Assembly: GCA_051362555.1 (NCBI GenBank)
Contig: CM120641.1
Coordinates: 38,198,401 to 38,262,400, forward strand
DNA: 64,000 bases
Source of the DNA: Lingula anatina
Lineage: Eukaryota; Animalia; Brachiopoda
Direction of reading: 5' to 3'
Below the pieces are notes generated by a model. That model did no database searches. It was not told the origin of the DNA and saw only the letters and a program-made list of their open reading frames with translations. Position numbers and translations under genes: made by a program. Each line of letters begins with the position of its first letter. Position 1 is the first letter of the stretch. Below, piece after piece: positions 25,701 to 38,100 of the stretch.

Positions 25701-26332
25701 AAAATTTAAACAGACTTAACACCTCAACCTGGTCAACCGGCATTAAAAATACACTGGCGCTCATTGGACGCCCTGACATTTGGGAGGACCCTTTTAAAAT
25801 ATCCATGACCGCACTCTCTTCCATAATAAAACCGCTTATCCAAATCTCTTATAGTTCGGCCTTTAAATCTCACCTAGCATCCCTGAACACGGAGGGTAAA
25901 AAATTACGTACCTACAGTACCTTCAAAAAAGATTTTAAAAGAGAAATATACACACAGTTAATCCACAAACCCAAATCTACATTCCTTTGCAAATTCAGGA
26001 TAAGTGCCCACAATTTGGCAATTGAAAAGGGGAGACACATGAATCCTAAAATACCCATAGAGAAAAGGCTATGCACGGTGTGCAACATGGGGTCAGTTGA
26101 GGATGTGTTCCATTTTATGATGATATGCCCCTCTTATGCTCCACTAAGAGCCATATTCCTTAACCAGGTTAAAGATATACTGGGCAGTGCAGCCCCTGAG
26201 TCCATCAGTGACCTTTTTATTACTGTACTGCAATGTAATGATTTTGATATTGCAAAATGCACAACTAATTTTCTTTATGATTGTTTTAAAGCTAGGGATA
26301 TGAAAATTGCATCCATGCTGAATAAAACCTAG
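22747..26332 (+). CDS. LINE ORF2 (APE endonuclease + reverse transcriptase + CCHC finger), split by one frameshift at 23961-23967
   Basis: APE motifs SWNI.GL, LSETH, DFNA and IDY. RT motifs KSSGPDGI, NYRGI, NQIGF, FVDFSSAFD, GVKQGCNLSP, LLYADD and YLG. Removing one A from the A7 run joins both ORFs (RKNPQNQHLIQEY...DPKTFW...WWEHFNNLMNRS). Confidence 0.92.
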
Positions 26333-26416
26333 ATTAACTGATGATGCAGTTTTCATATCCCCCCAAATAATAGTTAGTTTAATATAAGGTTTAGTGTAGC
26401 CTATTCTAGTTGAATC

Positions 26417-26468
<52 letters not shown>

Positions 26469-26954
26469 ATCCCTATATTGATCTTTATTGAGTAGTACAT
26501 GTACTTTCCCTGCTTTAGTCTAGACATTATATAATGTATATCAAACTGTATATGGTAATCACTCTGCGGATTACTTCTTGTATTTGTATTTGATCATGCC
26601 CGGATGTAGGGCGATAGTCAATAAACTTCTGATCCCAGAGTAATTAGTCTGATCTTCTTATGTTAACTGAGCTTTGTGCACATGCATCAAGTCTCACCAA
26701 ATTGGGGTAAATTATTTCCTTCTTTACTTCTCAAGTTCAATTCCAGTATCAATTCTAGGACAAATTGAATCCCTTTTAACAAAACAAAGCTATCAAATGT
26801 ACAGACAAAAAGCAGAATATAATGATGCACAAAATAGGCTACTGCCAATTCTGATGTACACGTAATAATACATAGCAAAGTCAACACCAAATTTAAATTA
26901 CCGATGCAAAACAGGTGGACCAGGTGTAAGTAAAATGTGTAACTAGCATAAGGC

Positions 26955-27590
26955 ATCAGTCCCATGAAAGTTCGAGTTCACACTTGGAAAATGATAGAAT
27001 GAGAAAAACGAAAATTTCATTAAAAAATTACATAAATTTGAGGTAAAATGATAATCCAATCAAACCGGTTTTCCAATTTGAGCTGTATTTCAATCCTAAG
27101 CATCACTCTTATAAGATTCAAAATAATAAGTAACAGTTTTCTTTTCATAATGTTTATGGTGGCAGTGCACAAAGTAGTTTTTTAATTTCATTGCTTCCAG
27201 AAGAGAAAACAATCAGACTGCATGGTTTCACAACTCGAGCTGGACTTCAGTCCTAGCTGTACAAATCTTTTCAGTAAGTTTGAGAATCATAAGTACTGGT
27301 AACATGGTTTTTCTTGAAGTGCCTAAAATAGGGCTTTCTTCAATTTTGATATGATATTACATAATATTTAACAACAAATTGACCATCAATTTTTAATAAT
27401 AAGTATCATGGATACTCAGAAAATGTACCCAGAGTGTCATGGCACTATAAAGCTAGCTTGATCACTATACCTTTTCATGTGTTAGCTCTATAGAACAGGG
27501 TAAGAAAATGTGATCAGCAAGGGTCTTCAACTCCAAGGAAGTTCAAAGTCACACATAGAAAATGCCAAAATGTGAAAAATTGAAATTTCA

Positions 27591-27675
<85 letters not shown>

Positions 27676-27800
27676 AATAAATAAATAAAAATCTGTATAA
27701 TTTTCAGTAAAATAATCCAATCAGACTGGTTAACCAACTGAAGCTGTATTTTAGTCCTGTGTTTCTTTTCTGTAGGTTTGAGCATAGAAGTATGGTTTGA
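26955..27800. repeat. Degenerate repeat family with units of about 340 bp; further tandem copies at 42100-43312
   Basis: Shared ggtcttca...aagtcacac...aaatgccaaaatgtgaaaaatt.aaatttcac and gaagctgtattttagtcc.tgtttc blocks occur in the same orientation at both loci. Confidence 0.8.
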
Positions 27801-29102
27801 GAATAGGAAGTTAAATGGTCACTACATGTATATATACTTCCATTTTCACAAAAATCATGTCTTTAAACATGCAGTGGCAGACATCTGCACCCAACAGATG
27901 TCAAAACTGCCAGACACTGGCACCTGTCAGAAGTCAGACAGGCTGGTGTGGCATTTATTAACTTATACTTGACATTTTAATTTTCTCAGTGTGCCAAAAC
28001 TAAGAAAGGCAGAGTCTTGTATTTTACAGCATTTATTATAAGCATCATTTTCCCAAAATATCCCAAATTTCAATGCACTATCTCAAAAACTGTTGAAGTT
28101 GTTGAACTTTGAATTTAGTAAGTTTTTTAAGCCACACAATATTTATAATGGTTTAGAATATCCACAAAAAGGTGTACCTGGACAGAGCTGCCCTTACAGT
28201 GGTTGGTTTTCCTTGGGCTTTTTAGACACTCAACACACATTTACCAACACACCTGTTACTGAACAACATACTACCATTTATGCCAAGTTAACACTATTGT
28301 ATGAAAAAGTATATTAAAACCATAGATATAAAAAACTTGCCTTTCTTTTTTTGGCTAGAATATTTTTGGCATAACACATACAATGCCTTAGCATTACACC
28401 CCCCCCCCCCCCCCATACTGCCCCTTTTCCAAAAATGTTATTAAAAATGGGCACAATCTGGGGATATCATCACAAATATTACCAGAATTTATTTTACAAA
28501 CTCATGATTGTGACATGCAGCATTATCAAAAGCATAATGTATGTCCCTGGATACCTAGACTAATAGTGCCTGCAGGAAATGTGCAGTAACACCTTATTAA
28601 TATATTTTAGTTTAACAATAATGATACAAAATATCAAAAGAGTATACAGCCGATGCTTTATTTGAAAAATTTCTACATATTTGCCACATATCAAGATCAG
28701 ATACACATCTTCCACAGTATTTGCACCAATGGATTAGTCCAATTTTTCACCACATTACCCTAATGTTAAAATTGAAATAAGTGATAATTTGACATAGTTT
28801 TTTTAAATGTTAGTCATTATAGATAAAATTGCAATCACATTATTCAAAATCCAATTTATTTCAATAATCATGATTAATCCAGTTTATTTCTTTCATGATG
28901 AGCTGAAAGGTAATGCCTTATTTATCATGTGAACATATTTTTGCTCTACATGTGATGTTAATATATTGCAATACATAACTATTGGTTATGGTAATGACTT
29001 CTGACACATTGGCTATTATCAGATATATATGCTTCCACTTTCCAGATTCAGGGGTAAACCTTTTTTCAGAATTATTCACTATTATTTTTTATTCATGTAT
29101 TA

Positions 29103-32100
29103 TTAGTTTCCGCCAATAAGTGCCAACATAAGGCGCCTGTAATCTCCACTTGTTTCACCCTCCACCATTTTCATAAGAGGCTTCCCATATTTCCGAAGGA
29201 ATGCCTGCTTTATATTCTGAAGGTCAACCTGAAAATGATAATTGCACGAATCAAAGTAAAAGCTACGCATTGTAACATCATTTCTTTGGAATAGATTTGC
29301 CAACTCAATGAAACATTGTGGTGTTGTTACATGTAATACACTTATTTACATAAAGGTCATTTAACTGTACCCCTCCACAACACCCTCCTAAAAACTAGAG
29401 GATCAGAGAGGCGATACCGCCTCCGAATATTGTACCACCAGCTGGAGCAAGCGCATTCGTATAGAACCCCACATACACGAAATAAGGGACACAGCCACCA
29501 GTTTTGTGCTTGACAAGCTGTAAAAATGCAATCAACAAGAATTTTTAAACTATTGCAAAAAATATATATGGTACAATCAAATTTAAGTTCTTCGTAAGGT
29601 AGGTCAAGGGTCAATTTCAAGGTCACAGTAAATTGCCAGTATATGACTTCCTATTCAAGTTCAAGAGTAACTATGGACCTATCTCTGTCAAGTTTGAAGT
29701 TAAAAGAGAAAGAAATTAGCAGAGTTCAGTTCATGATAAAAAGTAGGTCAAAGTTCAATTTCAAGGTCACATTTAGATTGCCAGTATATGACTTTCTATT
29801 CAAGTTCAATAGTAACTATGGACCTATCTCTGCCAGTTTTGGAGATAAAAGGGAAGAAAAATTTGCAAAATTCAGTTCATGGTGTAAAGTAGGTCAAAGG
29901 TCAATTTTAAGGTCACATTTAGATTGCCAGTATATGACTTCCTATTCAAGTTCAATAGTAACTATGGACCTATCTCTGCCAGTTTTGGAGATAAAAGGGA
30001 AGCAAATTTTGCAAAGTTCAGTTCATGGTGAAAAGTAGGTCAAAGGTCAATTTCAAGGTCACATTTAGATTGCCAGTATATGACTTCCTATTCAAGTTCA
30101 ATAGTAACTACAGACCTATCTCAGCCAGTTTTGGAGATAAAAGGGAAGAAAAATTTGCAAAGTTCAGTTCATGGTGAAAAGTAGGTCAAAGGTCACTTTC
30201 AAGGTCACATTTAGATTGCCAGTATATGACTTCCTATTCAAGTTCAATAGTAACTATGGACCTATCTCTGCCAGTTTTGGAGATAAAAGGGAAGCAAATT
30301 TTGCAAAGTTCAGTTTATGGTGAAAAGTAGGTCAAAGGTCAATTTTAAGGTCACATTTAGATTGCCAGTATATGACTTCCTATTCAAGTTCAATAGTAAC
30401 TATGGACCTATCTCTGCCAGTTTTGGAGATAAAAGGGAAGAAAAATTTGCAAAGTTCAGTTCATGGTGAAAAGTAGGTCAAAGGTCACTTTCAAGGTCAT
30501 AGTAAGATTGCCAGTATATGACTTCCTATTCAACTTCAATAGTAACTATGGACCTATCTCTGCCAGTTTTGGAGATAAAAGGGAAGAAAAATTTGCAAAG
30601 TTCAGTTCATGGTGAAAAGTAGGTCAAAGGTCACTTTCAAGGTCATAGTAAGATTGCCAGTATATGACTTCCTATTCAACTTCAATAGTAACTATGGACC
30701 TATCTCTGCCAGTTTTGGAGATATAAGGGACTAAATGTTATAATTTTGGAGTTACCATAATGTGCCTTAAATTTCGTACAGAAAAAATTAATTAAAATAA
30801 AGAAAATGTCATTTTGGTCAAAATTCTTGAAAAAGGAGGTGCTCTGAAGTTTCAGAAGTTCAAATTTGATGAAATAATGTCATTTTTGAACACAAGTTGT
30901 CTGCTTTGCCAAGCCTTATGTTTTATTTTTCCAGAGTTCAAAATTTATTATCCATTACCGTACTGCACATTTTGCTTTTACCACCAATATGTACTTTTTG
31001 ATACAGCGTAACTCGAAAACCGTATGGAATACAAAAAAACCGAGACCACCTCCAGTGTTGGGCTTTACATGCTCTACAAAATGCAAAAAAGAATGGGTCT
31101 CTAGCATTAACGGTTCCCGAATTAGAGACAGTTTTCAGTTTCGGTATCTTATGGCCGCTACTCCCGTGAAAATGCACCGATTGACCCCAAATTCATGGAG
31201 ATGAAAGATGACCTGAAGGGTAACACCTTCCAATAATATTATTGGTTAAGTCTGTGTGGTGTCTGAATAACAGGGAAAAAAAAAATTTTTTCGTAAAAAA
31301 TTTCATTTTTTTGAAAATTTTGGCCCATTTGACCTTGAAGTAAAGGTCAAAGGTCAAATCCAAGGGTATATTTGAAATCTACACATATGACTTTTGGAAA
31401 GCCGTCTATAGAAATTTTTCCCATAACTCCTTCCGTAGGGTAGATAATTAGCATTTAATTTTGCCATTTTTAGACAAGGGTGCATTGCAATGAGTGCCAC
31501 ACCCAGACCCCAATACCAACAAAGCCCAAATTTTACGTGGAACGAGTTGAGATTATAGGTGACCTAAATCCATGAGATGGGTACGGGGGCCATTACCGTC
31601 TAGGAGGAGAAGCGGTAACGGTAGCCGTCCGGCGGAGCCGGCGGAACGATCCGGACGGGACCGAAACCATGTGTACCGCCAGCGCTAATGCTGGTGGTAC
31701 AATAACAGATACAAGCAGCATACATGAAAATTTAATGTTGTCTCTGATTGCAAAAGAAACTCAATAACTTCAAAATGAGTTCTTAAACAAATTGTCTACC
31801 TGAATTGTTTTCATGCTTGATGTAAAAATCTATTAATTTTTTTTCAGAATAAATAAATAAATAAATATATTTTGCTTTTCCAAATCTTTGAATTGTTGCC
31901 TCATCTAAAAACCCCAAAAGTTAAGCATAATAATTACGTAGACCAAATGATCACTTCACACATAACAGTTTCCCCCCCAACAAACAGCCAGGTTTCTTTC
32001 TGTACCACACCAAATCTAACACAGGTGATCAGAATATGTAACTATATGGATATATGAAAAATAACACCATTTTGTTTATGAGCAATTACTGAAAATACAA

Positions 32101-35100
32101 AATAAGAAAGCAATTTCACTGACCTCAGACCTCGACACAATTATTCTGATCAAAGTAGAGTCATCTGTTCCTAGTCCTTGCATAGCTTTATGTAGCTTTG
32201 TGGCAAAGAACTCAGGTCTGTCCCTGCAGCTCATCACTGTAAATCACAATTACCAATTTAAAAAATGTTAAAAATCTACAACTAACAGACTAATTGCTGT
32301 TTTTTCTTTACTGAACATTACATCACACTGTCATAAGAAAATAATTAGGATGGCAGCATGTTGGTAATAAAAGGTTTGTGAACTTAGCTCCAATGTGCAA
32401 CCATCATTGAAGTTAAAATACTGGGCCAAACCACAGTTGGTCATAGGTTTAAGGTATTTCCATACTGCATGTATAGAGGGAGCCACTGCAGCATCAAGCT
32501 CTCCTGCACTGGAGGACAATATAAGCATGCACTTCCTCTGGTCACCAGCTTTTATTTACCATGTGCTGTGTTGTTTTGAAATTATAAATCCCTAAAGATG
32601 AGTAATATTCCACCCAGAAAGGCTGGCAAGTTCATTTCACAGGGCAAACAGAACCGGATTAAGCATATGCAGAAGATAAGAAGCGGGTTTCATGACAGTG
32701 GTACAACTACAGAGCATAAACCATGTGTAGTTGATAGCGCTGAGAGTCAAATGTCTCTCCCAAGCACTAGTGACTGTTCTGCTGATAAAAACAGTGGAGT
32801 TTTATATGGGACAAGGCTCGTTGACCTCCAGTATTTTGCTGAACAGCTTGATAAATGTGTGTACTGTCAGTCTCAGCTTTTACTGTCAAATGACACTGTC
32901 TCCAAGGTGACAGATAAAGGCCTGGCCACAGTACTGTACATTGAGTGTGAACTTTGTGGACTTGATAACATGATACATACTTCCAAGAAACATAGAACCC
33001 TCCCTAAATAGAACCCCCTCCCAAGAATCCCTGGATCCCCCCTGTCTTTCATTATATTCTCAATTATGAAATATTCAGCAACTAAATATAGTGAGAAATA
33101 CCATGAATGCTACTTTGAGGGCTATAGAGTTGAAGTGATGTATATTTGGGGCTTGAACTGAGGTGACATTACATTTTTCGGCATTTTTTGCCTTTTTTTG
33201 ATAATTTCAATTGACTATATTTCAATATTTAGCCTGATGACCTACTATTTTTTTAACATCATGTCATGAAGTACTCATAGGAGAGTGTTTTTGCTCATTT
33301 TCATGAAAATTAAATTCAGGGATTGGGTACAATGACCAATTTTGTGTAAAATTGTTGGTTTCCAAACTGGCCACCAGGTGGCGTAGAAACATGATGAGGT
33401 CAGTTCTAAAAATAGAAACAACAATAAATGTATGAAAAAATGTAAAAATATTCTCTTTTCTCTTCATTAAAATCTTAACAGGTGTAATTATCCCCCTCAG
33501 GAGTGATATACTGGGCCTGAAAACTTATTTATATAGAGGCGCTGCGATATCCAATTCTAGCATTTTAGTCCATATTTCAGTTGGCTGTGGTGAGGAAACT
33601 AAACCGGTGACCATATCAAAAAAAATCATTTTTATTACCAGTTTCACCTGTACTTCATTGGTGCAAAGTTTGGAGACAATTAAATTAGAGAATCTAAAAG
33701 TATGGAAATACCTTAACTGTACTGCTTGACATCTACAGACAATCTTATTTCATAGCTATAGCGATCCATTACAATCCTTCCATTTCATTACTTGATTAAA
33801 ATGTCCAAAGAGAGTTTTGAAAGGAGATTCACGAAATTACACTCTAGTTTTTCAGTTTGATTACCTAGTGCAGTAAAAGCATCTTCAAGACTGCCAGACA
33901 TTTCACTGCTTATTGCTTGCAAAATATCATGGCCAGATACCTGCAAAAATGTTCAATTAAAATTACATCCAAACTATGGACTTATTCAAAATAATTTAGA
34001 GCCAATAAGCAATAATTATTTCCGATAATATACTCAAAATCTCTGCTTGTAGATTAATTATTAAACATATGAAGTAAACTGGGTTTTGTTTTTCCATTAA
34101 TTTGCTTTGAAAACAATTATCATGTTTTTATTAACACTTTTTTAAGCAAAACAAAAAAAAAATGTTATACTTACTTTAGCATATTCCTCAAATGTTGCTC
34201 TCATCTGATAGTAATTTCGTGTGGCCATTATTCTCAGGAAAGTGGACTCATCGGTACCCAGTTGTTTCTCGCCAGCCCTGAATAGTTCTTCTGCATCCCT
34301 CCTGGCCAGGGCTCTGTCTATTACAGCCTCCGGACCGCTGCTGAACACCTGCTGCCACTGAGCATCAGTGAGCTCAGCTCGGTTACCCTGGTGGAATTTC
34401 AAGTCTTATAATATTAAATATTGTAACATGACAACACAGTTTAAACTGAAATCCTAGCCTTGTATCAGTTGAATCCATTTGTTATATTGTTTTTGGGTTT
34501 TTTTTTTTCATTTGACATTTGAGTGGTCAGAGTTTTTAATATTTGTCGCAGATATTCTTAAAAGTAAAAAAGGCAACATGGTAGTAATTAAAGCCCAAGA
34601 ATTAGTATTTCTTTTTTCAAAATAAAAAACTAAAGGAGATAAAAACAAAAATCTGTTTATTTATCAAATGCTATCTTGATTCATTACCTGGCAGCATGAA
34701 ATCAGCAGTCTTTTAAAATGTCCACTTGTGTCATCCATAATGTCACGCTCAAGGTCACGTTTGAAATCTGAAATTTGTACATTGGCAACATCAATATTAT
34801 CATGAATAACATTATCACTTTAACTTCAGTTTTTAATCTTTAATATTAAAATATTAGAGATGAATTATTTCATTATCATACTCTATTCATATACTAAAAT
34901 CTATGCATTTCCAACCTTTGGTTCAAGTGTCAAATTTCAAGCCAATCGCCCCCCCAAAATTAATTGTATATAGTTGGCAGCAAAAAATTTACTTCTTTGA
35001 TTTGTCAATTTCAATTATTCATTCAAAGCAGAGCACAGAAAACTGGCTTACGATCTTTGTATGCTTGGACAATTTGCTTTATTTGTGCATTGGTTCTGGT

Positions 35101-38100
35101 GCATAGTATCTCAATCAACACCGATTCTTTGGTGCCAAGTCCCTATAAAATAGTGAAACATCATCCAAATAATGAAAATCACTGATAATTTCAGTGGTAA
35201 TATCAATTCTTCATCATGTACTGGGGTGTGTATCTTTCTCTAAATCCTGAATCTCTAATCAAATTGATTTTTTACTTCACATTTTTCTCACTTATCAAAG
35301 CAATGGCCAAAGGAAAAAATCTTAAAGCCTCAAAATTAGGGTTGGTCATGCTTGTTAACAAACTTATCAATTTGTCTGACCTTAGAACAAATCTGTCTGA
35401 CATCCTAACTTACCACCATAGCATTGTGAAGAGACCAAGCATCATAATAAGCATTTGGTTTAAATAAACCCATGATGGCCTCCTTTAAATCTCCACTCAG
35501 CTCTGACTCCAATTCACGAATAAGGTCCTGCAACAAGTACGTACAGTTAGAATTTAAATTTAATACAAGCGACAGCATATTTCTTCATCAAACATATCAA
35601 TCATGGATAAGGAGGTAAAGGTTCATGTAGGACCTATTAAACAACTTGTTTAGTGGGTCCTAGGGTAAAGTCAGCTATTTGAAATAAATTTTTTAATCTT
35701 TAATTAACCTAGGACAAGGCAGTTGGAGCAAGTTAAGTGTTAAATGGAAGCCCTTAGCAAAATATCAGGCCTGCCTGACATGCTGAAATTATCTAAAAAT
35801 TTTCTACTAGATAAACAGTTTTTGCACCAACCTTGCCATACATGGTTTTAAACATTTTCTCTATTTCTTGTCGTTGCTGATTGGACCTTTTGGACAAAAC
35901 TCCAATTATAGCTTGCTCATCAGTTCCTACAGTAAACAACATATGAACAATATAACAAATATCATAATATGTAAGGATCATAATGGGAAGAAAGCTCAGT
36001 TTGCTGTTTTGAAATGTGTCATATTACATGAACATTACTACACCATTTGGTGGACTTTAACAAACTGGATGTGTGGATAAATAGGTCAAGTTTCAAACCA
36101 GAATTTTGAAAAAGGTGCAATTGTAGTCTACAGCTATTTTTTGGCTGAGGGAGTGATTAATTTGGTTAATCTTCTGGCATATCGACTTAAATTAAGCAGA
36201 AGTGGATATGCTTTACAAGGAATATACAGTATCCTCACTTCATATAAAAGACCCACATTTGTAATTTTTCACTAGCTTACCCAAGCCCTTCATGGCTTTT
36301 CTCAACACTTCAGCATCTTTTTCTGCACTAAATGACATGTAGTTTGCTGGATGTATAGTTCCAACAAACTGCTCTGCTGTGCCTCCAATCTTCAACTTGT
36401 CAAATTCTGCTGTTGCCTGAGCCATACCGCCACCACTATAGCTTGCAGGAGGTGGAGCCTAGGAACAACAATAAAACAAAAAGTTTTTCTCAAACTCAAG
36501 CTTTGACAGCAGTGGATAAAGCCTGGAGTTGTGTTATCAATGTACAATAAAAACTATAGCTGTTCTATATTACTCTTTACACATTAAAATTTTTACTTTT
36601 TGACTCTCAATACCTGAATAGATTATAATTCACAAGTCTGCCAGTAAATGCTAAAATAATGTGAAGAGATGATCTGCAGTCAAACAATTTTATAACTGGT
36701 GGTATAGTGGGTGATTCATGCTGATATTGATATCATCTATTCACATTGTTTCATACAAGTTAAAAATATCACATCTGCTTATATCTAATCTTGGAAAGAT
36801 ATGATTTTGAATTATATCATCTATTGAACATTGTTAAAATATTCAATTTATGATAATATATATAAATGAAGTATTATTAATAAACATCCCACTCATTCAT
36901 GAACTTTATTCATATAACATTGTTAAAATATTCAATTTATGATAATATATATGAATGAAGTTTTATTAATAAACATCCCACTCATTCTTGAACTTTATTC
37001 ACATATCATCTTTTTTAAAACAAGTATATAATTATGTAACAATCTAAAACAAGTACAAAACCATAATTATATAATTATTAAATGCAGATCATATCAATAT
37101 CACATTTTGATTTATTTTCCTTTTATCTTAATATAATACAAACTTTATACTAGTAAAACAGAACTGAGACTAGAAATTTTTAAGAGTAATAATATGTACT
37201 TACTGATGGTCCACCTGCTGTAATATAAACAGGACCAAAAGAAAATGAAAATCAGTGAAATCATTAGTAAAATTTATTCTGTTAACAGGACTTAATATGG
37301 GATTTTTATTGCCATAAGTCATGGGCACTTTTGTTATTTGAAAATTCAAAATGAAAATGCCAGTCTAAAATTTGAATTTTCATGTAAAGTGATAAAGCAA
37401 GAACCAGTTGAGCCAAGTGAAGAAACAAGTGTTTTCCAAGTTGTACATCTGCAAGCCATAGCATTCTTTGTTAAGAAATCTGTGAAGGAAAGGATGATTC
37501 GACTACAAAATAGATTATGCCAGAAAAAACTTTACAGCTCAAATCCCATATAATGTCACTTTAAAACTGTGCACATTTTTTAAAAACAAAATAAAGATTA
37601 AGTTAAAAATGGTATTTTCTGTAACTTGGCATCAATTAAAATGCTGGCAAAGGTCTTGTATGTACTTGATAAGGTTTTGGTAAAAAATGTATAAAAGTTT
37701 TCCTTTATTCATAAGTTCTCAAATGGGTTCTATTTATATCAGGAAATAAATAAGATCTTTGGTAACTTCTGAGTTTGTGAGCAAAGAGTATTTTTAAAAG
37801 CATGATGAGTCAGTAATGTATTGTTAGTCCTATCATATCACATCAAATAGATTTGAAAGCCATTTAGCATTCACTATGATATTCAATTAAAGTCAATATA
37901 ATAAGTGAGGCAAAAGCAAAATGAACAGTTAACAGACTAACTGTTGAGTTAAAACATGCAGATGGTCATCAAACACTGAACAGGCCTGCATTAAGTTGGG
38001 GTCTTTTTCTGTTTTATATAGGGTCTTTTATATTATAGTGCTGAAGCTCTACAGTTAATACCAAGTGCAGAATTTACTGCAGCAAACAGTTACCTGAAAA

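Larger units (their letters stand above)
21865..26632 (+). mobile_element. Young, 5'-truncated RTE-X-like non-LTR retrotransposon
   Basis: Comprises an ORF1 tail (esterase-like), a microsatellite spacer, ORF2 APE-RT-CCHC, a 3' UTR with poly-T and the terminus gtcaataaacttc (about 26617-26629). Clade assignment rests on the motifs PILTYGSEVW, AVRGELG, KLRTY, RISAHNLAIEKGRH and RLC..C..EDV.HF...CP.Y. Confidence 0.88.

Noticed and set aside
29643-30038. 131-aa ORF with internal repeats, and the regular array resembling a CRISPR
   Set aside because: It is a translation of the 146-bp satellite. There are no unique spacers or cas genes, and the context is eukaryotic.
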